Shown here one piece after another: positions 51,555-63,799 of a DNA stretch of 64,000 nucleotides (position 1 is its first letter; each line of letters starts with the position of its first letter). The notes below the pieces were generated by a model. It worked only from the letters and a program-made list of their open reading frames with translations. It did no database searches and was not told the DNA's origin. The stretch is from Amphiscolops sp. MND2022 (taxonomy: Eukaryota): contig OZ076410.1 of the NCBI GenBank assembly GCA_964187785.1, positions 80,848,001-80,912,000 on the forward strand, in the 5' to 3' direction. The position numbers and the translations under genes were made by a program.

Positions 51555-53169
51555 AGTGTGGAATTTTTGAACCTTTGGCGTTTTAGAAAATTCCCATCAT
51601 TTTTGCGCGAAGCACAGATTATATATCCAACTAAATTTCAGACACTCCACATTGCGTAAGTCGGTAAAAACAGCTGAAAAGGCGAATTTAGCGTATTTCG
51701 TTAAAGATTCTGGCAAACGGAATATAGAAAGAGTAAATTTGATTGTTTGAGTAAGATAGAATTGACGTCAATAACGAAATTGTCCAAATTAGCTAAGTTA
51801 GAATCGACCGCTTCGAGCAAATTTTGCTGAGTTTTTACTTTGGACGGAAACAGAGATCTGAGGGAAAAAACACCACCCCCCTTTTTTTGCGAAGGACTTG
51901 TCCGATCGAGCTGAAATTTGGCATGCATAAACTAAAAGTGTTAACTCAACTTTCGACTCGGAGTACCCGACCTCGTACCTCCCCCCAGACCCGGGCAATT
52001 AGCATCGGAAGTGACCTAGGTTGACCCCCCTACGAACTCGCCGGCTAAGCACGGAACAAGTCGTATTATATATGGAATTGATAGCCCACATGATCTTAAG
52101 CCGTTTGCGCACATTTTCGGAAATCCACGACGCGTGTAGGAGGAGTACGGACCCTAAGTAAATAAACCTCGAATGTTATGTAAATAGCCAACGGACGACC
52201 CGAAGATCATGAAACTTACCCAAAATGTTCACCTAGCGACCCTAAGTAATATACATGACAGATACATTGACCGACCCTCCACGCGCGGAGTAATGTTCGT
52301 TTAAGACCCGCGGGACCGGACGCACGGGCCCGACCGATAAAAAACATTTGACCTTGGCTTGTAATACCTCAAACGAACCGGAATGATGAATGTAGCAGAT
52401 TTTCAACGTGAAGGAAACCGTATTTGTAACCCATTCGGGGGTGACGGCCTTAAGTAAACAAACGATACGCACATCATGTACCTCGGGAACTGTTGACCCT
52501 AGAGTGATAAAACTTGGCATATAGCAACTTTGGATGACGACAATTATCTTCAAGGTCATGGAAGGACCTCAAGGTCATTTAGGATGCAACCCCGGTACAT
52601 ATAGGAAAACGTACAATAAAACTTGTAAATCAGCGTCTTTAGCGACTTTTTTTGCGTTTCAGTCAGGCGGAACGATTCGCAACGTATTGCACCTAGGATG
52701 GATGATAGAAAAGTACCCCTTACACGTAGAGAACATGTAAACCATGTAGTTGAAGGTCATTGTGCAATTTCTGCGATATTAAAAATATCTCGGGTGACTT
52801 GAATTATTGTTGAAATGTGGACTTCGGACAAGACGTGAATAACTTGTCGTTGGCGGCAAGGAATGTTTAGACGAAGAATAACCAGTGGCGTTCGCCTTGC
52901 CATAAAAGGAATAGTAAACATGAAGGTAAACTCATGCAAATTTAAGACGCCGACGCCCTGTATGTAACGAATATGTCAAGTATGATAGAAAGTGAAGGTA
53001 TAAACCACCCAGAACACGCGCGATGAACAAATATAATTGAGGCGGATTGGAATATAATCGAATAGACACAACCGAGTTAGAGAGCGACAAGCAAGTTGAG
53101 CCTCGAGACGGGGGCAAGAAACTTGGCTTCGCTGTAAGAACTGGTTTGTCTCTAGAGATCGAACTCGAA
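51555..53169. repeat. ~1.6 kb direct repeat, copy 2, ending in a truncated LTR (52963-53169)
   Basis: See copy 1. TGTAACGAA at 52963 follows the same flank (gacgccctgta) as at 47682. Confidence 0.9.
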
Positions 53170-53339
53170 TTCTTAGGAAACTGTTTTTTGGCCGTAAAGC
53201 CTCTGTTACAGCTATTTTTGAATGGCTCTGAGTCAAACGTGTGATCTGCTATGTTGCAATAAGTGTTTGGATATGTTGGAACCACGTTAATTCGAGTGTA
53301 TTTGTAACAACCTAGAGGTAATTAGTCAGAATGATGATC

Positions 53340-54760
53340 TACTAGCATTTTTGTTTCCTCTCTAGTGTCACTTTGGTGGTTTCCTTTTTGAACAATTTTC
53401 CTTCCGTTTCAGTTGCGTCTCTAATTTTGCTTGTTATTTCTTTTTTCCAAGTTTCTGATTCTCCTTTGTCGGGTATTGAGTAAGTGTTCACGTCCAGCGT
53501 ACTTTCATAGTCAAAAACTCGAATGGTCTCTACTTTCACTGCTGTTTCTGAAAGGAATGAAAATGATTTCAACAACGGTGACGCATGGTTCACGCAACTA
53601 TGAATTTCGAAACCTGAATTTTAGACGCTGGACTGAATTGATATGAATCAGTAGGATTTTTGATTTAACAAATCCGGATTTATTGATTCTTAGGAATGTT
53701 TAGGTAAGGAACAAATGATCATAGAAAGGTTTAACATGTTGGTTCTATAAATATAATCAGTTACTAATAGGAATTGCTACACTGTTTACACCGTTGTTAA
53801 AACGATTTTCTATTGAAAATTCAAGTTCCTTCAACTTCCTCGTGTCAACTTAGAAACGAAAACTAGAAATGAGAAGTCGAAAAGTTGTAGAAAAACTTGT
53901 CTCTGGGGAATTGGAGACATATGTAACTGAGAATATAACTACGGAATTTCCAATTGCTGGCACTAGCAAATCTCTGAATCTTCAACCAAGAAACTTAGAC
54001 GAACTTAGAACTTCACTTAGACAGGAAATCATGTCCGAGCTAACAATAACACACTAGCTGAGAACCAGAAAAAGATGCTGAAACCTATAGCTCCAAATGC
54101 AAAGAAAACACCAGACCCTCAGAACTTAGAAGATTCTGTTTCCGAAGCTGAAATTTCCTTCATTGCCCCAACATTAACCCTATTAGATCTAAAACGCATA
54201 CTCAAAATAACACTGCGCTAGTAATTCGTAACAGATAGAACTGAGCTAGCGATGAAGGATTTGCTTATGGACTGACATTGGTGAGTTGAGAGTGATTCGA
54301 ACCTGATACCGCCCCAGTACAGGCCGAACGATCTAACCACTAGGCCATGCTCCCCTTTAGTTTCATCGAATCGTCCAGAGTAATTGTTTCTTATATCTAT
54401 TTCTTCGACTGATAAATTAACTGTTTCAATGTTAACTGCCAAATCATTCAAGTAACCAAAATTAAACAAAATTGTTTTGTCTCTTCAAATCTTCCGGTAA
54501 TCAAGACTCTAGATCAATCAAGCCTGCATGCAATCAATACCTGTTTCTTGATTAACTGCTTCTCGCAGAACACGATTCCTGTTTATTTACCAAAATCGTT
54601 TTGCTGTGGCTGAAAAAACGCAAAAAGTTAAAATATGTTGAATGCACCAATGACCAAAACCCGTGAATACTCCGAAAAGTTCTGAAAGAATTGTTTACTG
54701 CAATTATTGTCGAAAATGTTAAATCTTTCCTTTGGAGCATACCGCAAAAATGCAACTCTC
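53340..54760 (-). pseudogene. Probable decayed PAN-domain paralog interrupted by a gag-like fragment
   Basis: Minus frame NRVLREAVNQETGIDCMQA*LI*SLDYRKI*RDKTILFNF, with TGA codons where PAN cysteines are expected. A linker-like piece is at 53342-53593. Confidence 0.35.
53869..54230 (+). pseudogene. N-terminal gag-like coiled-coil fragment of another LTR family
   Basis: NLDELRTSLRQEIMSELT..(L)AENQKKMLKPIAP helical motif, frameshifted. Assignment from recalled similarity only. Confidence 0.3.
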
Positions 54761-55290
54761 CACATGTCTGACGTTCGTGTCTGTCTAAGAAAAAATAAAA
54801 TTATTGACTAGTAGTCTTGCGACTTTAGTTCACAAAAAGCGCCGACTAAAATCTAAACGCTAAATACTTTTTGTAGATTTAGGTCGAAAACTTTGGGAAA
54901 GCTTGTCTAATGGTTCATAAACTCGGAAAGATGAAAGAAAATATTCTGCTGCTTAGATGGAATTATCTGTTTAATACACTCATAATTGTTACTATTTTTG
55001 CGCTTATACAACTCGTAGAAAGTAAGTTTTATTAACCGTTTTGTAGAAGTGAAATGCTGCCAACTTTAACTCACCAATCACAAACACTTTCCAAGAAACT
55101 AGTAATTATAAAGAACCTTGTCATCTATTACCCAAGGTACATCTTGTTGCGAATTCAGCCCCCAACACGAAAACACATTTTTTCTTGAATAAAAATGTTT
55201 CACTAATAAGAGAATATTAAATGAATGTAAACAATTAAAGGGTTGTCTCTACAACTGTTTTGACACTTCAGGCATAAAAAATGCCTAATT

Positions 55291-55621
55291 AGTCGGCGCT
55301 TTTCGTAGAAAACGCAGACTGTAGTAGTGACTTTTCTTTTTTTAAGACCAACGAAGTGACCGATTTTACAAGCTTTATAAGCTGACTTGAACTAACACTA
55401 AATGCCACACTACTTCTACTGGCACTTGAGATAGAGGTTAATTAGGCTTTTTTGAGGTTCCCTTTTACATTTTTCGGCACTATGCGACTTCCCGGGGACC
55501 AAAAAAAACTTTTAAAAATCGATTTTTTTTCAATTTTTTCTTTATGCGGGTACTGTAGAAGAGAATACTTGACACTTTGAAGTCCTTTTGCTATTTTTGA
55601 GCCTTAGCTATGGCGCCGACT
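55291..55621. mobile_element. Short (~330 bp) MITE of the AGTCGGCGC family
   Basis: AGTCGGCGC at 55291 and GGCGCCGACT ending 55621. The right end is the reverse complement of 3105-3175. Confidence 0.6.
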
Positions 55622-55956
55622 TGAGCCGTTCCCGGCTTGTTTTTTAATATTATTGTCCAAAATAGCAGAAATCCACGTTTTGAACAAGCTAAAATCGTAT
55701 AAACTGGCCTTTATTTCAACGCAAATTTTCTCCGTGATAAAATCTAATGAGCAACTTTTTACTGACAGTCAATGTAATGGATAGGATTATGTCGACATCA
55801 ATTGTTTTATTGGACAAAATTCTAACGCAAACGATGTCGACATAATGGTATTTGAACCTTGTGTCTTATCCCCCCCGCCGCCGCAGTTTGGGGGGATAAA
55901 TGACATGGTCCATTATAAACATTAGCACAATTCCCATTAACGTAATCCTGACACAG

Positions 55957-56267
55957 GCGGTGAATTGTTTGCCAAAACAATGGATGGAACTCAGCAACAG
56001 CTTGAAAAGTTCCTAAACAAGATGGGAGATCGAAGTCATTGGACTGGGGTTAACACAGAAGACCACGTAGATTGGAGAGCCCCAGATGGTGAAATTCTTC
56101 ATGGTACCTCTTTTTTCTGGGCACCATATCAACCCGATAACTATGGAGGTGTTCAGTTATGCGTAGCTCTTAATGACCATGGGAGATTTCTGAATGACAA
56201 AGTTTGTGGCATCAAATCTCCATCTATTTGCGATATGATGCCAGCACTATCAATGCTCGAAGAATGA
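55957..56267 (+). CDS. Terminal exon encoding most of a C-type lectin domain (QPD type); predicted exon 3 of the PAN-CTL gene
   Basis: Acceptor cctgacacAG at 55955-55956, phase 1. GGELF..HWTG..WAPYQPDNYGGVQLCV..LNDKVC..SICD supplies the three cysteines missing from exon 2. Confidence 0.82.
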
Positions 56268-57284
56268 ACATCAAAGGAAAGACTATGTGGTCGAAAGGCA
56301 TGTCAATTTGAAGTGCAGGATTTTCATTTGAATTTTAAAAATCGATGACTGCCATTCATAAACAGTATTGCAAACAAATTTGAGTGCAATCATTCAGTAA
56401 ACACTATCAGTGATCTCAAATAAAACTCATCTCGAATAAAACTCGGTTGTTTGTTAGAACGTCGTCAAAAATCAGGATACCATGACTTTGACTTTTTCAG
56501 AACAGTACAGTCCTATATTGAACCGAACCTCAAAACTCCGCATTTTCCAATTGTGATGCAAGTTTCAGCACTACTCAGGAAGGACTCAAATTGGTACCAC
56601 ACTCAATTTTGAGTGGTGTGTAGTTACAATCGCGGCAACTCCCTTTTCACTAGCAAAAATATTGTAGGGATGAAGAACAGATCAATATTTTCGATTTTTG
56701 CTATTAAAGAGTCCGCATTCTTCCAAAACCCAATCAAGAATTCTTTCAATCTGATTTCTGAGAGTTAATCAAAAAATTGAAACCAGCCTTTCTTTTCCAT
56801 TTTGACCTCTGGTGAGTTTTTAGCTAAGGATCCATCCACTTCAACCAATTCTACGCATTACGAAAAAATTTTTGGAGCGATTTCTTTTTCGCCAAGTTCT
56901 GCTGTAAACTGAACAAGAAGACTGGTGTGGTTCTTATGGGTGTAGTGGATTGTATCGACAAAGTTTTCAAACGACTTTACGGGGGTCTGAGTGCGGATAT
57001 ACCTAATATATATATTCAGTCTAAAAAAGGTAGCAATGCTGACATTAGTAATTTTATAACTCTAAGTTAATATAAATCTTTGCATGGTAGCTACACTTCA
57101 TGTTCTCAATAGTTCTCGTAATTGCGTAGTGGACTTTACGTCCAATTGACTGCATCAATAACTAAAGCACAGTTAACTTTAAGCGCATTCTGATTGGGTG
57201 GTTACAAAAATGTCAACGGGTCTACCGCTCCAAAGCTCTAAATCAGTTGAACGCGTTTCCTAATCAATTTACACCAGTTATCAT

Positions 57285-58030
57285 TGTAACGTCCGGCAGT
57301 CGGCGAACAGAACGAACTTTGAAAATTTCGTTCAAGATGTCAAAATGTGCAATATCGAAGAATGCACAAGATGGCCGACCTGACAGGTACTGGAAATTGA
57401 AAAAGAGGACAAAAGAGAGCAAAGAGACCCCACCCCACCACCCAGGAACGAGAATGTCCGAGATGTCATCACCCAGAAGGCGTGAGAATCAGGAATTCCG
57501 CCATGCCATCTGACAGCAAAAAGACAGGGTTTTGGCAGAAAAGTGCCAGATGAGACCATTGTGCCCCGAAGATGAGGAATGATGCCAGAGGCAGGAAGCC
57601 GATGATCGCCACCGAAATGTAACTGTATACTTTATTGGGGCCTATCCCCACCTGTTTTGACTGTTTATAGCGTATTTGGATAATGTTTGACCTACTAGGT
57701 CCTCATTTTAGTCCTTATTCACTCATATAATGTATTTCAGTTAGACACCTTTTTGGACCTCGGAGGTATGTAGGAGATAGCAGGAACGCATTAGGAACCT
57801 AGGATACGTTTTTACAGGCTTGTGGGGCGTGTCCGGACTTTGAGAGTGCCGGGACGTCGCTTCGGAGCTCTAACCAGAGAAGCCTCCTTAGACGTTAGAA
57901 AAGTCCCCCTTGGAGACCATTTTGGGACCAAAAACTAGTGTCTAGGTATGTAGTAAGACAACGGTCTCCTGTTTAAGCATCCTAGGCATTGTCCCTCTTC
58001 CTAGATGTGCGCCGCTAGCCGGACGTTACA
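57285..58030 (+). repeat. 5' LTR, 746 bp
   Basis: Only three substitutions versus the 3' LTR were found by eye. Confidence 0.95.
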
Positions 58031-58046
58031 TCTGGAATAGTTTTTA

Positions 58047-58063
58047 TGGCGACCACAGAGGGA
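58047..58063 (+). promoter_or_regulatory. PBS-like motif TGGCGACCACAGAGGGA (tRNA-Arg(UCG)-like)
   Basis: Resembles the complement of tRNA-Arg(UCG) ends (...GUGGUCG-CCA), but lies 16 nt from the LTR. Confidence 0.5.
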
Positions 58064-61000
58064 TATTTTTCATATTGCGTACAGGTAGGAGCAACTTCTG
58101 CTTTCCGGCCCCGAAGGGTCCAGATCTAGGAAAACATTTTGGAGAGTCCTAGATTATTTTTATTGCCTTAATCAAGCCTTTTAGGCTTTCTTCTAGCTGA
58201 ATTCCTGCGTTTCCTGCATGTTTCCGGAATCTGGAAAGAGAAATAACTGATTTACGGCAAAGTACCGTTTTGACACCGTTTCTGCTTACCGAGATTAACC
58301 ATCCGGCTTAACCGGATTCTGTTTTAAAGGGTTTTGTAGTCTCATTTCAGCTTAGTTGTAATGTATTGGGACTGCAGGGACGTGGTGTGAGCGCCTTCAC
58401 TAGCTGTGACGACGGAGTGACGTCCTTCACGACAACACTCTCTTGACCCACTGGTGGACCACTACGAATCGGCAGGGTTACAATCTTCTTTTTTGTTTTT
58501 GTGGCTTTAAAAGCCTATTCCCAAACGTACTCCCATTAGTAAGAACTGAGAAAAATACCCACTGGGTATTCCGATTGTTTTCTGAAAAAATATAGCGAGC
58601 TAGCCATAACACCCTATATAGCTCTAATTTCGATTTGGTTACTTTTAAAAGTCGAAACTTTTCAGAAGATAGTACGACCAATGGGAATACAATAAAAACG
58701 TTCCATTAGACCTATCAGGTAAGGAACAGAAAAATTTGTTTAGCTAAATTGTGAAAAACACCGAAAATTTTAGCGATTTTTGTTTGAAAACGTCAACTTT
58801 GGACTTTGAGACGAAAAATGGTGAGGGCGGAGCCCTGTTCGTTTTTCTCAGAGCAAGGCGAGCCACCTAAAATTCTTTTTCCCGAGCCAGATATCAGAAA
58901 ACGTTATCGTCAAGCAGTTTTTTGAGGCCCTCCAACGAAATATTGAATAAGTTACCAGCCAATTTTCATTTTAATACAATAGCCATTTATCGGTCATCAT
59001 TAGTTACAAAAACCAAAATTTTTCAGAAGAGGGTACGGCCAGTGGCAATACAATAAAAATGTTCCACTAGACCTATCAGGCTACGAACAAAACTTTTTAA
59101 CCCGCTAATTTACTTGAAAACAAAAAAAATAAGCGATTTTTATTTGTGAAGACCCAAACTTGGCCTAACAGACCAAATGTGGTGAGGGCGAAGCCTTGAG
59201 CGTTTGTTCCAAATCTTTCAGAGCTGCTCAAAAACATTGTTCCCGAGCTTGGTGGTACAAAATACTACTGCCAAAACATTTTTTACCCTTCCCCAATATA
59301 AATTGATAGTTTAACCCTTGACTTTCTATTGTTATACATAGACCTGAGTAGAGGACCCCATAGACCTGAGAGTTATAACATCAAAACTAATAATTGAAAC
59401 AATCCCAGTCCCGTGAATAAAGTTATTACACCTTATTACGTTACGTTTAGAACTATCCCGAACATCTGGGAACCGAGAAATGAAAAGTTGCTAGGGAAAA
59501 TACGTATTTTTCACACTGTTCCCAGAATGTAAAAGGTGTAACTTGAGAATTTTTTGAGAGACCTTAATTGGAACCTACCAGGTTTCGCTTGCCTATTTTC
59601 TGTTATTATAGAGTGCAACGTCACAAACGCAGAAAACCGCGAGTGATTCCAACCAGTGGTTGTTGAGAAATAGCTGAAAACGCGTTATTTTTGCGACATT
59701 TTGGGAACCATGTAGTAGTGCTTCCAGCATAGGTCGAAATCTCTCCTAGTAGGAGCAGCCTCAAACGGATTGCACCAGCGTGTAGACCATAAAAAGTTAC
59801 GTTAGTGGTGTAATTTTCGTAGCGCTAGCATTACTAGTGATTGAGAAATCTTAGCCGCAGTTTTGCTCAAAAATCGTGTGAAAATGTCGAAAAATTGGAA
59901 TTTTAGTTAAGCATAGTGCAATACCTCGCAGGTATCCCAACACTAAAATTCTTGCATTTTCGTGCGCACGGCACTAGATCACGACGATTTGTGCAATTTG
60001 AGCAGCCGGCTACTAGCCAAAGCTGAGAAATTGACATTTTTATGATTTTTGACCCGAAAAAGTGGTACCTCTGGTACATCAAGGTTTTGTCACTTCATAT
60101 CGCCAGATAATGATCAAGGCACTTCATCGCTCTGTTTTTCTCTTACGTGGGCAAAAGTTACGCTCGCATGCAAAATTTCAGGTGGCTGGGACGCCTCAAA
60201 GGCGAGTTTGACCACTTTTTGTGAATTCCACGACATAGTCAATTTTTCAGTGAACATTGTTAAGTGGCCGTGACACCCACAGGGTCAATTTTGACGCAAT
60301 CGGAGGTTCATTCCCCACGATTCAACCAGTGTATTAGACGGTGTGAAATTGTCAGGTCGCTAGCAGCGCTAGAAGTGATTTTCACCTTCCCCGGAGGTGC
60401 ATGTTGACGAAAAAATTGTTGATTTTGGGCATTTTTGCAAAAAAATCACAGTTTTTCTCAGTGTACGTGCCAGTGAGGGCCAAGACGACCTATTTAGCAT
60501 ACCAAGATCCCTCAGGACGTCCTCTTGAATCACTTTGATTAGTGCTAAGCTGACCCTAAGATGTCGGGTCTCTGAGAAAACCGGTCTGCGAGACAGAGGT
60601 GAAAAACCGAAAATGGAATTTCGCTTCCTGACTGCTATCAAAGTCACCCAAGTGCAATCTATCCATTGTGAACATGCATGCTCGATGTTTTGTGTACCCA
60701 GTGGGTGCAAGAGCACGTTTATAGGCACTTTTAGAGGTTCAGACTTTGAACGCAGTGCGTCTCAAAACAGAACAACAAGTACACTGGTGACTGCAATAGT
60801 GGAAAAAGAACGCTTTTTCTGACCGGACTACGATCGTAAGGCAAGAAACTACTTCAAACTCAGTGTCTCTCCTCCTACTCACCCCAAGGTCTACCCGTAG
60901 TCCCTATTTACATTTTGGCCATCACTTGTGCTCTCCAGAAACATTGCAACATGAGTGACAAGCGGACATTTCAGACAATCTAACATCTGTAGCCAAGCAG

Positions 61001-61985
61001 ACTTCTCAAAAAATCAGTGTTCGCTGCTCAATTCATGCCTAAGGTGTACCTTGGTGCTCGGTACCACAGTTGCGTGAACCATGTCGATGTGAAAACACCG
61101 GACAAGAGATTGGCCCGGGGAGTACCCATACTCTCCCGAGAGAAGTCAACACCAAGCATGATGAAACACCTAGAGCTTCGAAGCTCTGAGAACTGCTTGG
61201 CCAGCGGCCGTGCTTTTAGAACCCGAATGATTGCTCTGGAACTTGTTTTTATTGCCGAAGACTGTTTTCATGTATCATGCCTGATTTTTGACTTTTATTG
61301 GTTCTGCTCTATCATCGTTAGTGACATTGTCCCCTCTTGAGAAGTAGTTTGTTTCCATCTCTTGCATATACGCTGGTGCTTGTACTACCTAGACAATAAC
61401 TTTAACTGAGCGTACACTGCTGACACAATAGATTGAATAGTTCCTCATTTTTAGTGATATTTTTGATTTTTTGAGGTCTGTTTCACCATTAGTGCTAGTT
61501 ATTGTGCAGTTTCTGTTGGCCATGAACTACGACACTTTTGCAAGACCACAGCTGTTACTTTCATTTTTCGCTTTTCAAGTGCTATCGTGCATTTTGTAAA
61601 ACCTAACCTATCAGGTGGGCCCCTGGCCAGTGCCAAACCTGTTGTGATGAGTGCTTTTTATGCAGATGCAATAAGGTGCTAAAAATATTGAAATTTTGGT
61701 GCGAAATTAAAAGTTTGAAATTGTTTTGAATATAAAACTAAGTGTCTAAAGTTGCTATTATTTTTCCAGTGCAAGAACCCGTTGTTGGTGTGGAATCGAA
61801 GGAAGCCTGCTAGGCTGACAAAAACTCATGTTTTTGGGCAATAACGTGTTTTTGGGCAACGACTTCCATTTAGATTCCTGAAGTACCATGTTGCAACAGT
61901 ATCACTGGATCACTGGATGGTAGCAACCAAGATGTGAACGTCCTCTCTCGTTTGTCGAGGACGACAAACTACGGCCCGGGGAGGA

Positions 61986-62731
61986 TGTAACGTCCGGCAG
62001 TCGGCGAACAGAACGAACTTTGAAAATTTCGTTCAAGATGTCAAAATGTGCGATATCGAAGAATGCACAAGATGGCCGACCTGACAGGTACTGGAAATTG
62101 AAAAAGAGGACAAAAGAGAGCAAAGAGACCCCACCCCACCACCCAGGAACGAGAATGTCCGAGATGTCATCACCCAGAAGGCGTGAGAATCAGGAATTCC
62201 GCCATGCCATCTGACAGCAAAAAGACAGGGTTTTGGCAGAAAAGTGCCAGATGAGACCATTGTGCCCCGAAGATGAGGAATGATGCCAGAGGCAGGAAGC
62301 CGATGATCGCCACCGAAATGTAACTGTATACTTTATTGGGGCCTATCCCCACCTGTTTTGACTGTTTATAGCGTATTTGGATAATGTTTGACCTACTAGG
62401 TCCTCATTTTAGTCCTTATTCACTCATATAATGTATTTCAGTTAGACACCTTTTTGGACCTCGGAGGTATGTAGGAGATAGCAGGAACGCATTAGGAACC
62501 TAGGATACGTTTTTACAGGCTTGTGGGGCGTGTCCGGACTTTGAGAGTGCCGGGACGTCGCTTCGGAGCTCTAACCAGAGAAGCCTCCTTAGACGTTAGA
62601 AAAGTCCCCCTTGGAGACCATTTTGGGATCAAAAACTAGTGTCTAGGTATGTAGTAAGACAATGGTCTCCTGTTTAAGCATCCTAGGCATTGTCCCTCTT
62701 CCTAGATGTGCGCCGCTAGCCGGACGTTACA
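61986..62731 (+). repeat. 3' LTR, 746 bp
   Basis: Preceded by a purine tract; TG...CA termini. Confidence 0.95.
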
Positions 62732-62792
62732 CATTTACATGCTACAATAAGTTTACAATGACCATTCATCATTCAATTATATTGAGTGAGTA

Positions 62793-63562
62793 CCAGGGGA
62801 GGCGGAAATTTCGTCGCCAGAAAATTTGTCGTCAGAAATTTCGTCGTAAGAAATTTCGTCGTATTAACAAATCCAGAAATTTCGTCGTCAGAAAATTCGT
62901 CGTCGGAAATTTCGTCGTATTGATTAGAATAACAGCGTTCATCAAAAGATATCATTTGAATTATACAATTATTACTCAATTATTAAAATGAGATCTTAAG
63001 AACAAGTTTCATTTTAACGCCAAAATTCAGCCAAAAAGTTAATTGCATTCAATCAACTCATCAAGGCGCTTATTAAGCAATGGTATATTTTCAGTCCTAC
63101 CGGTGGAACTACTTACCGGGGCTTTACAATACAATTCAAGCTTGCTCCAGGGGGAATTTTTGCTTTTGTTGTCAGAAAAATATCAAAAAATCTTTTGGTA
63201 ATGGAAATTTTTGTTTTAAGTGTCGAAACAACTTCGTTTTGGGGGGATAAGAAACAAGGTGTATATGGGGAGTTATAAGGTCCGAAACTTTTTCTCTCAA
63301 AACCATAACAAAAAGTAGCCAATGATAGTAAGAATTGCACAATTATCGATAACTATTAAGACTCAATAATAAAACGATTCCTAATAGATTAAAGAAAATG
63401 CGACGTTTCATAGAACGTAATCACCGACGACGAAATTTTTGATGACGAAATTTCTGACGACGAAATTTCCGATGGCGAAATTTCTGACGACGAAATTTCC
63501 GACGACGAAATTTCTTGCGACGAAATTTCTGACGACGAAATTTCCGACGAAGAAATTTCTGG
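62793..63562. mobile_element. Foldback-type MITE with inverted arrays of 15 bp subrepeats
   Basis: TA|CCAG...CTGG|TA. (gaaatttcgtcgtca)n at 62805-62920 and (gacgacgaaatttct)n at 63420-63560. Confidence 0.8.
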
Positions 63563-63799
63563 TAATCAGTACCAGCTCACAATTGTGTTTGTATACAACC
63601 ATGAAAGTAACATTGAAGAATTGCGCAAATTAAAGTGGTATTTATAGTTAGATGCAGTCATATTGACCTCAAGGCAAACGAAATAACAAAATGGTAAAAT
63701 CCTGGTTAAAGAAGCATAATTTAGCATCGATGCGAATCAAAACAAGCCAAACGATTATGATAAAAGTAACGTAAGAGTTTTAGATTCCTTTTACTGTCG

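Larger units (their letters stand above)
57285..62731 (+). mobile_element. Young non-autonomous LTR element (LARD-like, 5447 bp)
   Basis: Two 746 bp LTRs with 13 bp inverted termini TGTAACGTCCGGC...GCCGGACGTTACA, a PBS-like motif, PPT GGGGAGGA (61978-61985) and flanks cat/cat(t). No gag or pol motifs in the ~3.95 kb interior. Confidence 0.88.

Noticed and set aside
46960-52559. 105 aa minus-strand ORF open in both direct-repeat copies (46960-47277, 52242-52559)
   Set aside because: At about 5% divergence a 300 nt ORF can stay open by chance and there is no recognisable domain. Worth revisiting only if open in many copies.
57247-62352. Identical short ORFs in both 746 bp repeats as duplicated genes
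   Set aside because: They lie inside LTRs, overlap on both strands, and have no protein features.
62662-63633. ORFs 62662-62991, 62773-62979, 63408-63602 and 63439-63633 as repeat proteins
   Set aside because: They are translations of a 15 bp repeat that happens to lack stops, and they appear on both strands.
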